Source of the DNA: Octopus bimaculoides | Taxonomy: Eukaryota | Length of the DNA: 37,139 nucleotides | NCBI RefSeq assembly: GCF_001194135.2 | Contig: NC_068984.1 | Span: 78,455,643-78,492,781 of the forward strand | Reading direction: 5' to 3' | Shown: positions 10,923 to 23,833 of the stretch, piece after piece | Layout: each line of letters begins with the position of its first letter | Position numbering within the stretch: position 1 is the first letter of the stretch | The notes under the pieces: generated by a model | Database searches by the model: none | What the model saw: the letters and a program-made list of their open reading frames with translations, nothing else | Told to the model about the DNA's origin: nothing | Program-made: the position numbers and the translations under genes

Positions 10923-11945
10923 TATGTATGCATATATATATATATATCTATCTTAGAAGAACAGAATGGAATAAGTGGAGCAAGAACACACATGAAAATT
11001 AAAGGTGTCACTGAAGAGGTCACAGATGTGTGACGAAAGATTTCTGGACAATGGACATGAATTAAAATAATAAAATAAGAAGAGTAATAAACGAGTAAAG
11101 AAAAAAAAAATATATCGTGCATGTGTTTATTTGGCAAAAAAAAAAGAAAGAAAAAAATGACCATTCTAAAATACAATACACATGTACAAGCAGACACACT
11201 CATAAATTTGTATGATTTGTATGTATGTGTACTTGTGTGTGTCAGTGAATGTGTCTATGGGTCTGTTGAGATGTGTCTGCATGTATTTGCATGCCTATAT
11301 CTCTGCTGGAGTGGTTTGGAGGCAGTTGCTCTGCAAACTTATTATAGAAGGAAAGAAAGCAAAAAAGTTCTTTTGCCTTTGCAGATTTTTGAAAGTGAAC
11401 TATTTTGGTGGGTAGGGAACAATGGCTTATTGAGCTACTGTATATCAATTTATTTGGGAAAGGTACAGGAGATTCTTGAATAGTGGAGGTCATGCTAATG
11501 TTATTACTAATTAGGCACGAAATGCTATTGAAGAGAAAAGAGAAAATGAAAGACTCCATCAACATAATTACACATTTAGAATATTACAAAGAAGATTGGA
11601 CATAAAATTAGCAGCACATGTCTAGTTTTTGGAAAATACACCTCCACATAATTAAATGCTAACACTTTGAAAGAAAGCTCTGACTTACATTTGAAGACTT
11701 TTTGTAGACTTTGTACCCTAGAAATTCTAATCTTGACAATCCCAAACTGAAATATTGAATAAGTACATAATTTCTTCATGCACTCATATGTGGAGGTACG
11801 TACTTGAGAAGCATATCAACTTCCCAATAGAATCACTTCATTTTTATTTTCTCTATTCTCTTCAAATAGTATTTTGCTTTTAATTTCTTATGTTAAAAAT
11901 GACTCAAAAAATCTCTTGTGCCTTTCCCAAATAAATGAACAATAA

Positions 11946-12420
<475 letters not shown>

Positions 12421-12927
12421 TTATATATATAAAACAAAAAAGAAAGCACAATTCTTGCTCCTCTTAGTGTAGTTTGTTTTCAATGACCCGCTATGGCAAA
12501 AAAAAAAAAAAATTCTTTTTAATAAATTCAGATAGCACATGCCACTATGCCATCCTAATAGACATATAAATGTGCATACACCTATATCTTGACAGGCACA
12601 CAGGGGCACATTCATACATATGTATACAAACACTACTCACAACAAACTGTTCAAATAAATGCACTTACAGTTGCATGCACTCATATAGAAAAATGTTCAA
12701 ACAAACCTCAATCGACGTGGAACATGCTTCAGAAGGCATGTGAGACATTCAAATGCAGGCATCAGAATGTTCAAATGAAACACAAACACAGAAACAATAC
12801 AAACATAATAACTAATGAGAACACAAACTTTACTTTTCTTTGTTCTTTTAAGAAGCAATTTGTGAAGGTGGAATAAGGAGCATTACACAAACTACCGTGT
12901 AATGGCAAAAATTGCTAGTTTTAGAGA

Positions 12928-12962
12928 TAATAATAATAATGATAATAATAATAATAATGATG

Positions 12963-12994
<32 letters not shown>

Positions 12995-14041
12995 CCTTTC
13001 TACTAAAGGCACATGGCCTGAAATTTTGGTTGAGGGGAGTAAGTCGATTACATCGACCCTAGTGCTCAACTGGTACTTACTTTACCAACTCTGAAAGGAT
13101 GAAAGGCAAAGTAGTCCTTCGCAGCATTTCGACTCAGAACGTGAAGACAGATGAAATCTGCATTTTACCTGGCATGCTATCAATTTTGCAAACTCACTGC
13201 CTTTAATAATAATCCTTTGTACTATATGCACAAAGCCTGAAATTTTGAGAGAGGGGGACCAGTTGATTAGATCAGCCCCTGAAAAGATGAAAGGCAATGT
13301 TGACCTCAGTGGAATTTGAACTCGGAGTATAAAGACATATGAAATGTCGCTAAGCTTGCCACTTTTGGTTTCAAATTTCGCCACAAGGGTACCAATTTTG
13401 GGGGGAGGGGATAAGTTGATTTCATTGACCTCAGTGTTTCACTGGTACTAATTTATTGATCCCAAAAGGATGAAGGGCAAAATCGACCTCACCGGAATTT
13501 GAACTCAGGACATAGTGATGGGCAGAATACTGCTAAGCATTTTGCCAGTGTCCTAATGATTCTGCCAGCTTGCTACCTTAATAATAATAATAATAGTAAT
13601 AATTTCAAATTTTGCCACAAGGCCAGCAATTTTGGGGGAGAGGATGAGTTGATTACATCGGCCCCAGTATTCAACTGGTAGTTATTTTATCGATCCTGAA
13701 AGGATGAAAGGTAAAGTCAGTCTTGGTGGAACTTGAACTCAGAATGTAGCGACGGACGAAATGCTGCTAAGCATTTTGCCTGGTGCAGTAATGATTCCAC
13801 CAGCTTGCTGCTTTGTTAATAATAATAATAATAATAATCCTTTCTACTGAAGACACAAGGCCTGAAATTTGAGTGGGGAGGGGATTAGTCAAATCGACTC
13901 CAGTATATCACTGGTACTTAATTTATCAACCTTGAAAGGCAAAGTCAACCTTAGCAGAATTTCGACTCATAACTTTAAGACACAAAATGATGCTAAGCAT
14001 TTTGTCCAGCATGCTCGCAATTCTGCCAGCTTGCCACCTTA

Positions 14042-14084
<43 letters not shown>

Positions 14085-14300
14085 GTTTACAAACTTTGCC
14101 ACAAGGGCAGCAGTTTTGGGGGAAGGGATGAGTCGATTACATTGTCCCCAGAGTTCAGCTGGTGCTTAATTCATCGACCCCGAAAGGATGAAAAACAAAG
14201 TCAATTTTGGTGGAATTTGAGCTCAGAACATAATGGCAGAAGAAATACTGCTAAGCATTTTGCCTGGCATGCTAATGGTTCTGCCAGCTCGCTACCTTCC

Positions 14301-14332
<32 letters not shown>
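12928..14332 (-). mobile_element. Stack of six family B SINEs in a (TAA)n tract
   Basis: Units at about 12994-13203, 13213-13364, 13366-13579, 13603-13813, 13838-14040 and 14083-14298, all the same orientation; on their sense strand A box-like ggcagaatc.ttag and B box gagttcaaattcc. Confidence 0.92.
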
Positions 14333-14491
14333 CATAACCCAATAATCTACAAGACTCAAAAAATTGTGCTGACATCAACTACCCAACCTCTCAGGAATTT
14401 TCTTTCCATCTGATATATATGTGCCTTAGGTCTCCATTTGAGACCCATTTGGAAGATGAAATAAAATGCAAATCAATTAGAAAATAATGAC

Positions 14492-14525
<34 letters not shown>

Positions 14526-14547
14526 TACATATACATATGTATGTGTG

Positions 14548-14925
14548 GAGGCGCAATGGCTCAGTGGTTAGGGCAGCGGACTCGCGATCATAGGATCGCG
14601 GTTTTGATTCCCAGACTGGGCGTTGTGAGTGTTTATTGAGCGAAAATACCTAAAGCTCCACGAGGCTCTGGCAGGGGATGGTGGCGACCCCTGCTGTACT
14701 CTTTCACCGCAACTTTCTCTCACTCTTACTTCCTGTTTCTGTTGTACCTGTATTTCAAAGGGCCAGCCTTGTCACACTGTGTCACGCTGAATATCCCCAA
14801 GAACTACATTAAGGGTACACGTGTCTGTGGAGTGCTCAGCCACTTGCACATTAATTTCACGAGCTGGCTGTTCCGTTGATTGGATCAGCTGTAACCCTCG
14901 ACGTCATAAGCAACGGAGTGCCAAC
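14548..14925 (+). mobile_element. tRNA-derived SINE, family D
   Basis: A box tggctcagtggtt, B box-like ggttttgattcc, non-tRNA body, (CAA)-like tail. Confidence 0.8.
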
Positions 14926-14954
14926 AACAGCAACATATGTATGTGCCTATGTGT

Positions 14955-15200
14955 ATATCTGTGTCTTTGTTCTGGCATGGCACAACATTGCAAATAAGCA
15001 TCACCTTCAGATAGATGTTGCTATCCATTTCCAAACTTCCATGAAAATCATGTTTGGCTGTGGGGTAATATTAAATTGCACAGAAAACAGGTAATGGTTC
15101 ATGGCAGGAAGAGCACCCATCCATAGAAAATCTGCTTCAACGAATTCCATAGTATCCGTGTAAGCATGGCAAAGTGGACATTAAAGATGACAATGATGAT
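14955..15200 (+). mobile_element. Module T (SINE 3' half with RTE-like tail)
   Basis: Ends gcatggcaaagtggacattaaagatgac. Confidence 0.7.
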
Positions 15201-16006
15201 AATATAAATCAACAAATAAAAAAATTTTAAAAAATTGAAAGAAACCAAAATAAATGAAAAAGTGGGGCTGAAAGCTTCATCTATCTATGATTTAGTTACA
15301 TGTTTATCCATAATTATAGGTATTTCAGCCTTATTGGAGACAAGACTATATCTTAACTATGTTGTATAATTCCTATATTTAACATTACTACCCCACCAAC
15401 ATACATTTACAAATTTGTTTTAGTAGATTATTTATTAGCATCATTAATTTAAAACATCTACTTCTCCATACGTAACTTTTGTCTAATTAATAACATATTT
15501 TGGATAAGGTAGGATTCAGAAATTTTAATTTTATCTTTATTCTGTTTTATTTTTTATTTTATATTTATTGTATAAAACCCGACACTGAACGCCACTTTTT
15601 AATATATTCCTATTCTGTCTAGTGGTTGGGTGGTCTGTAGTTGAGCTAGCCTTGATAAATACTTTTTTTTCAAAATATTTCAGCAATTTATTGTCTATGA
15701 AGTCATATATAAATAGGGAGACATTTACTTAAAACGGAATGCCAGACTTATTCATCAGTCATTCAGTGTGACTATTATAATGTTGGTTGTGTGCCATCCT
15801 TACTGACATATTCTGGATATTTTTGGTGCATTTTAGTACTAATTTACTTGCCTCTCCTCTAGGTAGATTACTACAATTTAAATGTGGCTGTTGCACAAAT
15901 GAAAAATACTGGAGTGATAGAGCATTCCTATGAAAGGATATTTTTTTTTTTTGTTTACATACTTTTATATTGAAAATAGCTTTCGAAAATTTGTAAATTA
16001 ACATGT

Positions 16007-16312
16007 CATCATCGTTATCACTGTTTTAATGTCCACTTTTCCATGCTTGCATGGGTCAGATGGAATTTGCTGAGGCAGATTTTTCTACGGTTGGGTACCC
16101 TTCCTGTTGCCAACCCTCACATTTCGAAGCAAGGGTATACTTCCATGCTAGCATGGGTGATCGGCTTCTTTCTGTCTATCAAATCAACTTACAAGGCTTT
16201 GGTTGGCCTAGGGCTATAGTAGAAGATTCTTGCCCAAGTGCCCAAGGTGTCATGCATTGGGACTGAACCTGAAACCATGAAACCATGTGACTGGGAAGCA
16301 AGCTTCTGAACC
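16007..16312 (-). mobile_element. Composite SINE (A head and shortened T tail)
   Basis: T tail at 16007-16150 and A head at 16162-16312 in reverse. Confidence 0.8.
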
Positions 16313-16430
16313 TTGTTTTCACTTACACACACACACACACACACACAAGTTAGGATGTTAATGTTACAGATGCATGCTGGAAGTTGCTACAAACTTGGAC
16401 AATATTTTTCTTCTAATATTTTTGTTTATC

Positions 16431-16558
16431 TTGTGTCTGGAGAGAGTCATTCTCTTTTAGTTCTTACAATTTAACACACACACACCGGTAAAATTTCTCC
16501 TCGTTTCCTTCTTTATTTTTTTAAAATTTTCGTTGCCTCTTGCAACCTTTTCAATAGT
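16431..16558. repeat. Unclassified ~128-bp interspersed repeat, copy 1
   Basis: Aligns end to end with 30461-30588 (ttgtgtctggagaga...ttgcaaccttttca.tagt). Confidence 0.85.
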
Positions 16559-16679
16559 TGTTTATTGTTTATAATTTACATGCACCAGTGGTATTTAGCT
16601 TTGTTTATTTACCCATCCACATTTTGAAGTCTATTATTATTGTTGATGTTGTAATTGTAATTATGAGTGTTATTATGGT

Positions 16680-17020
16680 GGCCGTTGCCAGTACGGCCTG
16701 ACTGGCCTTCGTAGGATTTTCGAGCGAGATCGTTGCCAGTGCCCCTGGACCGGCTCTTGTGCGGGTGGCACATAAAATACACCATTTTGAGCGTGGCTGT
16801 TGCCAGTACCGCCTGACTGGCCTTCATGCGGGTGACACGTAAAAGCACCCACTACACTCTCGGAGTGATTGGCGTTAGGAAGGGCATCCAGCTGTAGAAA
16901 CTCTGCCAAATCAGATTGGAGGCTGGTGTTGCCATCCGGCTTCACCAGTCTTCAGTCAAATCGTCCAGCCCATGCTAGCATGGAAAGCGGACGTTAAACG
17001 ATGATGATGATGATGATGTT
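16680..17020 (+). mobile_element. Young 5'-truncated RTE copy (3' UTR and (GAT)n tail)
   Basis: gatcgttgccagtgcccctgga matches the sequence directly after the RTE ORF2 stop at 29294. Confidence 0.88.
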
Positions 17021-17562
17021 GATGATGATTATGGCTTACAAACAGTTCATCATAATGTTACATTTAAAATTTTATAAGTTAACTATTTAAACAAACAGCA
17101 AAGATTTTAAGAAAAAGAACCGCACAATTGCATCTGTTGCCCCCCCCCTACTTTCTCCTTTGTCCCCAGTATGCATGTGAAATGTTCTAGTGTCACTCAG
17201 AGGGTGGTAACGATTACTCAGAGAAGCACTGGTCTAAGATGCTGAAGTCTGTATGTGTAGCCGTAATACTTCATTAGGGGCTTAGCAAAATGTCGCAGCC
17301 AGGCTCCCTTCTCATTTTTTTACACACTTAACAAAAGCTAGGGTATCTTGTAAAATATAGTCCCTGATACACACTATGACTGCTACAAAAATGGGGCAGA
17401 GGTGGGGTTATAGTTACAGTTCTTTTGATTATTGACTTGCTTGATCAAGGTTGGCATGAAGCTAAAACAACACCAACAACAACAACAACAGCATCTCATT
17501 CATTGAAGTAGAGAAAAATATAACTGAAAAAAAAGAAAAGAAAAGGAATATTTTGAGTTATA

Positions 17563-17759
17563 GGCGCAGGAGTGGCTGTGTGGTAAGTAGCTTGCTTACC
17601 AACCACATGGCTCCGAGTTCAGTTCCACTGCGTGGCACCTTGGGCAAGTGTCTTCTACTATAGCCTCGGACTGACCAAAGCCTTGTGAGTGGATTTGGTA
17701 GATGGAAACTGAAAGAAGCCCGTCGTATATATCTATATGCATATATATATATATATATC

Positions 17760-17790
<31 letters not shown>

Positions 17791-18000
17791 ATGTTTGTGT
17801 CTGTGTTTGTCCCCCCAACATCGCTTGACAACTGATGCTGGTGTGTTTACGTCCCCATAATTTAGCGGTTCGGTAAAAGAGACCGATAGAATAAGTACTA
17901 GGCTTACAAAGAATAAGTCCTGGGGTTGATTTGCTCGACTAAAGGCGATGCTCCAGCATGGCCGCAGTCAAATGACTGAAACAAGTAAAAGAGTAAAAGA
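17563..18000 (+). mobile_element. Full-length SINE family A
   Basis: tRNA-like head (gagttcagttcc B box), ccttgggcaagt CORE-like motif, internal TA/GT tract, tail gactgaaacaagtaaaagagtaaaag. Confidence 0.92.
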
Positions 18001-19029
18001 AGAGTTGCACTTGTTGAGTAAATGATTTGACCTAGTTTCTTTCATAGCACCTACCACAGTATAGTTTTTTTCTAACAGAACATCCATATTTAAGTGGGGA
18101 CAAATATTATCCCTCAGTATTAATACTGCCTCTGTTGCTAATATATATTTTTTTAAATAATGGCATTTTGGCTGAGTCATTCCCTAAGGCAGTCAGGGGC
18201 AAACTGCACTTTCAGGACTTTAAGGCTAGCATGCCTAATGAAAAATTACCCTGCATATTTTTAGTATTGTGGCCCACCTTATAAGCCATGTCTCATGTGA
18301 CCTACTTGTTGAAAAAGCCCATGCCTGCTCTAAGGCTTCCATTGGTCAGCTTTAATTCTCTATCTGCACATGGAAAGTTTCCTTCTAGCTTGCAATGTAA
18401 TGAGTAAGTCTTAGTCTTCCATAATAAGACCCAGAGTTAATCATTACACTGATGTTGTCCAAGAGAAAGGTAAAGGCTTGACAAAGTTTGGTACCATTTG
18501 TTGTCATATGCATACTCTGAAAGTAAAAAGCCAGAACAAAACCTGTAAGATGTTTTGTTCAATGCTCTGTCAATTTTACTAATTGGCTACTTTGAATTGG
18601 GACTGCTATTTAGCCTCTGAGAGATGAAAAACAAGACTGCTCTCAGTGGGATCTGAAATTAAAACAAATAGCTGGAATAATACAGTAAAGCTTTCTGTCC
18701 AATAAGTTAATATTACCAACCTGCCACCACACCCACACACACAGAGAAAAACATACACACACAGAGACACACACACACACACAAACAAAACAGATACGCA
18801 CATAATCAAGATCTAGTTTCATTCTTAAACCTTAGAAAATGGATTTCTCCCATAATACATGAATATGACTCATATTCTTGATGTCTGCAGACATTTGGTT
18901 GAATTAACTAATATATCTGGAAAGAATTACACATAAAATTAGGAATATTTCTCCACTATTCATAAACAAAAATTCAGCTCCCATTATCAGTTTGTGTGTG
19001 TGTATTTATTTATTTATACATATTTGTAT

Positions 19030-19173
19030 AGGCAACAGTGTGGCTAGAGAGTTTACTTCTTGATCACATGATTTTTGGGGTCTTATTCCACAGCATGGTA
19101 CCTTGGGCAAATCTCTTCTGCTATAACATGATACTGACCAATTCTTTGCAAGTCAAATTGGTTGACAGAAATA

Positions 19174-19206
<33 letters not shown>

Positions 19207-19260
19207 CTCCCCAACCACAAGGTATAAAAAATAAGTATTGGGTTTTATTTGACTAACTTC
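19030..19260 (+). mobile_element. Degraded SINE family A
   Basis: ggtaccttgggcaaatctcttctgctata and internal (GT)n. Confidence 0.6.
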
Positions 19261-19629
19261 ACTTTAAGAGTTCGTTGAGGTTAGTCCTGGTCCTATCTCG
19301 AATGTGAGACTTGAAGTAGATAAAACAGAATTGTGACATCAAGAATCTAAAAAAATAACTTTCGTTACAAGGCATGTCAGAATTTAATGTTTGAAGAGTT
19401 GAGTCTGAAATAAATTTCTGTTATTCTGAAAAATGTTCTGTTACTACATACTTGTGAATAAAAATGATCNNNNNNNNNNNNNNNNNNNNNNNNNNNNNNN
19501 NNNNNNNNNNNNNNNNNNNNNNNNNNNNNNNNNNNNNNNNNNNNNNNNNNNNNNNNNNNNNNNNNNNNNNNNNNNNNNNNNNNNNNNNNNNTGTGTGTGT
19601 GTGTGTATGTGTGTGTGTGTGTGTGTGTC

Positions 19630-19660
<31 letters not shown>

Positions 19661-20084
19661 ACAAAATTGGGAATAGATTAAGCACTGAGGAACTTCAGCA
19701 TGTTTCAATTATAAAAGTACAGTAATATCTTTACTACTTAAACATTATCACTTGTTGAAATATTGCATGATGGCATGAAATCAAACACAGCTAAGTATAG
19801 CAGTGTAGTCTTAACAGTCTGACTATGTTACATATATCCTTTTATCCATCTCCTTTCTTACTCAAATGCAGTACATACTTCTCTTTTCCTTCTTACATCA
19901 GCAGAGTGTGATTTGAATGATAATTAGCTGCTTTTTCTAGTAAGCTCATTGACTGTATAGAACATATATGAGAAAACTTCCTCACCTACCTTAAAATTTG
20001 GAATCACAGAGCGATGATGATAGCGCTAAAAACACCTGTGAAAAGAAAATAATTTTTAAGCTTTGAGACCAAACACAGTAATTT

Positions 20085-20301
20085 TCATGGGCTTGCTGAA
20101 AAGTTCCAGGCCTTAAGGGTATTGTGAAGGGCCTGGTTGGAGGCCCTACCTTCTGAGTCCTTTTATAGAACGGAGAAAAACTGAAGGACCACTGCAATAA
20201 ATGTGTGAATTTGAGAGGGGAATATGTTGAGGGGAATAATTAACCAATTCTGCTGTATTTTATTTTACTCAAAGCCAGTAATGTTTCAGCACTCCCTTGT
20301 A
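20085..20301 (+). mobile_element. Mariner-derived MITE (~215 bp)
   Basis: Imperfect TIRs gcttgctgaaaagttccagg and ccagtaatgtttcagcactcccttgta; internal aaatgtgtgaatttgagaggggaatatgttga encodes a mariner-like C-terminus (KCVNLRGEYVE). Confidence 0.7.
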
Positions 20302-20379
20302 ATATAAGTTGCATAGCTATGAATTTATGAAAATCAAAAATTCATGTTTCATTCCTTAGCCCAGACACATACCTCTTAT

Positions 20380-21192
20380 TTGCTCCTGGTTCTAAAATGG
20401 TTCCAGCCTCTCCCCCAGAGTGAAAGGCAGATTGTATGATGCCTGTGTACATACAACTATGTTACATTGCAATGAAACATGGGCTTTGACTACAGAGGGT
20501 TCATGAAGGCTTGAAAGAAATGAAGCTAGCGTACTTTGCTGGATGGGTAATGTCAGTGTGCATGCATGACAGAGTGTAAGTGATTTAAGAGGAAAACTGT
20601 GTGTAAGAGGCATCAGATGTTGTGTGCTGGTTTGTTCATGTGATACGTATGGATGAGGACAGCTGCATAAAGAACTGCTGAGCTCTAATAGTGGTGGGTA
20701 CTGTGGAAGGGGTAGCCTAGGAAGATGTGGGCTGAAGTGGTGAGAAAGGATCTTCTGATGTTGGGCCTCACTGAGGAAATGACAAGGGACTAGGAAATGT
20801 GACTTGCCTTACTTGATAATACACTTGAAGCTAAGTAAAATCGCTGTCTTCCACACTTACAGGCTTGTTCTATCAGGTGCCAGTGCCACTTGAAAAGCAC
20901 CTGTGCCAGTGCCACTTGAAAAGTACCTGTGCCAGTGCCACTTGAAAAGCACTTGTGCCAGTGCTACATTAACACACCCCTGCTGGTGCTGCATAAATGC
21001 ACCTGTGATGGTGACATGTAAAAAGCACCCAGTACACTCTGTTATGTGGTTGGCACTAGGAAGGACATCCAGCTGTAGAAACTATGCCACAACAGACAGT
21101 TGGTGTTTGGACAGCTCCTTGCTAGCCAGCTCCATGTCAAACCATCTAACCCACGCCAGCATGATGAGTGGACATTAAACAATGATGATGAT
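20380..21192 (+). mobile_element. 5'-truncated RTE LINE, decayed ORF2 C-terminus and 3' UTR
   Basis: RVKGRLYDACVHTTMLHCNETWA...RLERNEAS...HVIRMDEDSC with stops; 26-bp tandem at 20877-20964; tail ggacattaaacaatgatgatg. Confidence 0.88.
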
Positions 21193-21609
21193 GACAACTA
21201 GAAAAGAGTTTCCTTTCTTAGCTTGACTTGTATGAAGTTTAGTAATTTCAAGGGTTGAAATAATGAAAAATAAGAAAAGCAGGCTATAAGTTTTATATCT
21301 GTATAATTGATGTTAAGAAGTAAAGAGGGAGAAAGATATTGGTATTGTTGACAATGGATATGATGAATGATTATTATTTTAGATCCAATGGAGCTTTGTT
21401 GAATTTCTGGATATGACACATAATCCTTTACATACATACATATTTGCAAATGTATGTGTGTACGTCTTTATATGTGTGTAATTGTGTGTAACTACACGTG
21501 TGTATGTATGCAAGCTTATTAATACATATGATAATAGATATAAGTGCATGGGTATATATATATATATAAAAACATGCATATATTTATTCAAACATACAAA
21601 TGTGTGTGT

Positions 21610-22040
21610 CTATCACCATCCATCTTCATCATTTTGGCATCCACTTTTCTATGCAGACGGAATTCGTTGGGGATGATTTCCTGCAGCTGGATGCCCATTC
21701 TGTTGCTGACCCTCACCTGTTCCTAAGGATTGTTATATTTTTCTATGAACAGACATGTTGTTATAGAAGACCACTTGTGAGATTGTGGCACTCATTCACA
21801 ACGAACATGTCATATTAAAACAAATCAGTAACCCACACATATATACATATATACATGTTTACATGCATGCATGCATATATATATGTATGTATGGCAGGCT
21901 TCTTTCAGTTTCTGTCTACCAAATCTACTTACAAGGCTTACGTTTTCCCAGGGCTATAGTATAACACACTTGTCCAAGTTGCCATGGAGTGGGACTGAAA
22001 TCAAAACCATGTAGTTGGGAAGCAACAACACTGCCATGCA
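21610..22040 (-). mobile_element. Composite SINE (A head, (CA/TA)n and T tail)
   Basis: T module at 21610-21830 and head at 21893-22040. Confidence 0.78.
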
Positions 22041-22179
22041 TATGCCTTTGTGTGTGCATGTATGTATGTATATGAATATATACATATGCATACATGCACA
22101 CATGTATGTTGTAATGTGTGGCTTACATACAATATATACATGCATGCATAATGTTATATTTGTAATGTACAAAAGATAA

Positions 22180-22420
22180 AGTTACCTTATTGAGTCATGC
22201 TGACCCACAAGGGCAAGTTTCCCAGTTTCCATGGCATATAAATTCTCCACCTGGATAGGACGCCAGTCCATCACAGAGTTACTCATTTTTACCAGCTGAG
22301 TGAAATGGAGCAATGTGAAATGAAGTGATTTGCTCAAGAACACAACACGTCACCTGGTCTAGAAATCAAAACCACAATTTTATGATCATGAGTCCAACAC
22401 CCTAACCACTAAACCATGCA
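22180..22420 (-). mobile_element. SINE family C
   Basis: cagctgagtgaaatggagcaatgtgaaatgaagtgatttgctcaagaacacaac matches 9789-9842. Confidence 0.75.
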
Positions 22421-22477
22421 ACTCCACTGTAATGGACAATAATATATACACACACACACATGCACGCACACATATGG

Positions 22478-22987
22478 AGGACAAATTCATAAAGAAGTGC
22501 TGAGGTCTAATTGTGGAGGGTACCTGTGGAAAGGGTAGATGTGGGATGAAGTGGTGAGAAATGATCTTCGAGCACTGGGCCTCACTGAGGAGATGACAAG
22601 GGATCAGGAGATGTGGTGATTTGCTGTACTTGATAAGACACATCAAGCTAAGTAAAATCACTGTGTTCCACACCTACAGGCTTACCTTTTCATGTGCTGG
22701 TGCCACTTAAGGAGCACTCTTGCTGGTGCTGCATGAATGCACCTGTGCTGCATGAATGCATCTGTGCTGCATGAATGCACCTGTGCTGCATAAATGCACC
22801 TATGCTAGTGGAACGTAAAAAAGCATCCAGTGCACTCTGTTAAGTGGTTGGTGTTAGGAAGTGCATCCAGCTGTAGAAATTATGCCACAACAGAGAACTG
22901 GAGTCTGGAGAGCTCCCTGCTAGCCAGCTCTATGTCAAACCATCCAACCCATGCCAGCATTGAAAGTGGACATTAAATGATGATGAT
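22478..22987 (+). mobile_element. 5'-truncated RTE LINE
   Basis: Colinear with 20650-21190; 19-bp unit x4 at 22726-22801. Confidence 0.85.
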
Positions 22988-23312
22988 CGTGGTGTTTGTA
23001 AACATATACACACACATTGTGTAACAGACAGATACCGAACATATTTTGCAACAACAAAACAGTTGTGTGTGTATACATCTCTAACATACCACAGTAGTGA
23101 CTTCAATACCTTGGTATGTTATTTCACCAGTATAATTTGGTACAGGAACAGTTTAATAACCTCTAAAACTACTGCTCATCTACATATTCTTTTACTCATT
23201 CAGACATTTAAAATTACACAGGACACATAGAAACATTCACATCTGTACAGAATAAATGTGTGTATATGTTTGTGTATGTACACGAATGTATTTGTATGCA
23301 AAGACACTCTAT

Positions 23313-23346
<34 letters not shown>

Positions 23347-23833
23347 GTACCTTAATTTTTGAAAATGTATGGTTGACATTTTTACTGCATATATAGACAA
23401 ATACATATCCTTTTGTTATAATATTCTTCTTAATAAACCCCTGAATAACCCTAAACTTTAACTTTATACAATATGGCAATATTGTTTAAAGTATTTAACT
23501 ATAGTACTACATGATAAATTTTCCCCTGTTTTATTATCAATGGTCTACTAGTGGCCGGGCCCCCATAATTGTCAGCTAACATCTTGATTTAAGTTTTCCT
23601 TTACCAAATCTCATGATATTGCTTCTAATAAATCTTAATAGTTTTTTTATGACTATACCCGCTATGATTTCTGTCGAGTCCCTCAGCTCTATTTCTAACA
23701 GACACTGCTCCTTGTTCTCTCGGGCCTTAGATATACAAAGATTTGATAAAACTAATCTATAAATTAAAACTGACCCCATAAAACAGTGACAAGAAAAATC
23801 TGTAACAAGTCTTTCTTCCTGATACCTTAGTAG

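Noticed and set aside
11385-11462. Acceptor ttttgcctttgcag with a 78-nt open frame
   Set aside because: The donor is weak (gtacag), the peptide is unrecognised and the phase does not fit its neighbours.
14548-14620. tRNA-like sequence
   Set aside because: It lacks a paired acceptor stem and continues into a SINE body; it is a SINE head, not a tRNA gene.
20877-20964. CRISPR-like direct repeats
   Set aside because: There are no spacers and the context is eukaryotic; it is a tandem repeat inside an RTE UTR.
23082-23121. Small hairpin taacatacca...tggtatgtta
   Set aside because: Only 10 bp are perfect and it is too short for a pre-miRNA; it is compatible with chance.
23545-23790. Minus-strand 67-aa ORF and an actag end suggesting an opposite Helitron terminus or a captured gene piece
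   Set aside because: There is no clear subterminal hairpin and no recognisable protein motif; it remains unresolved.
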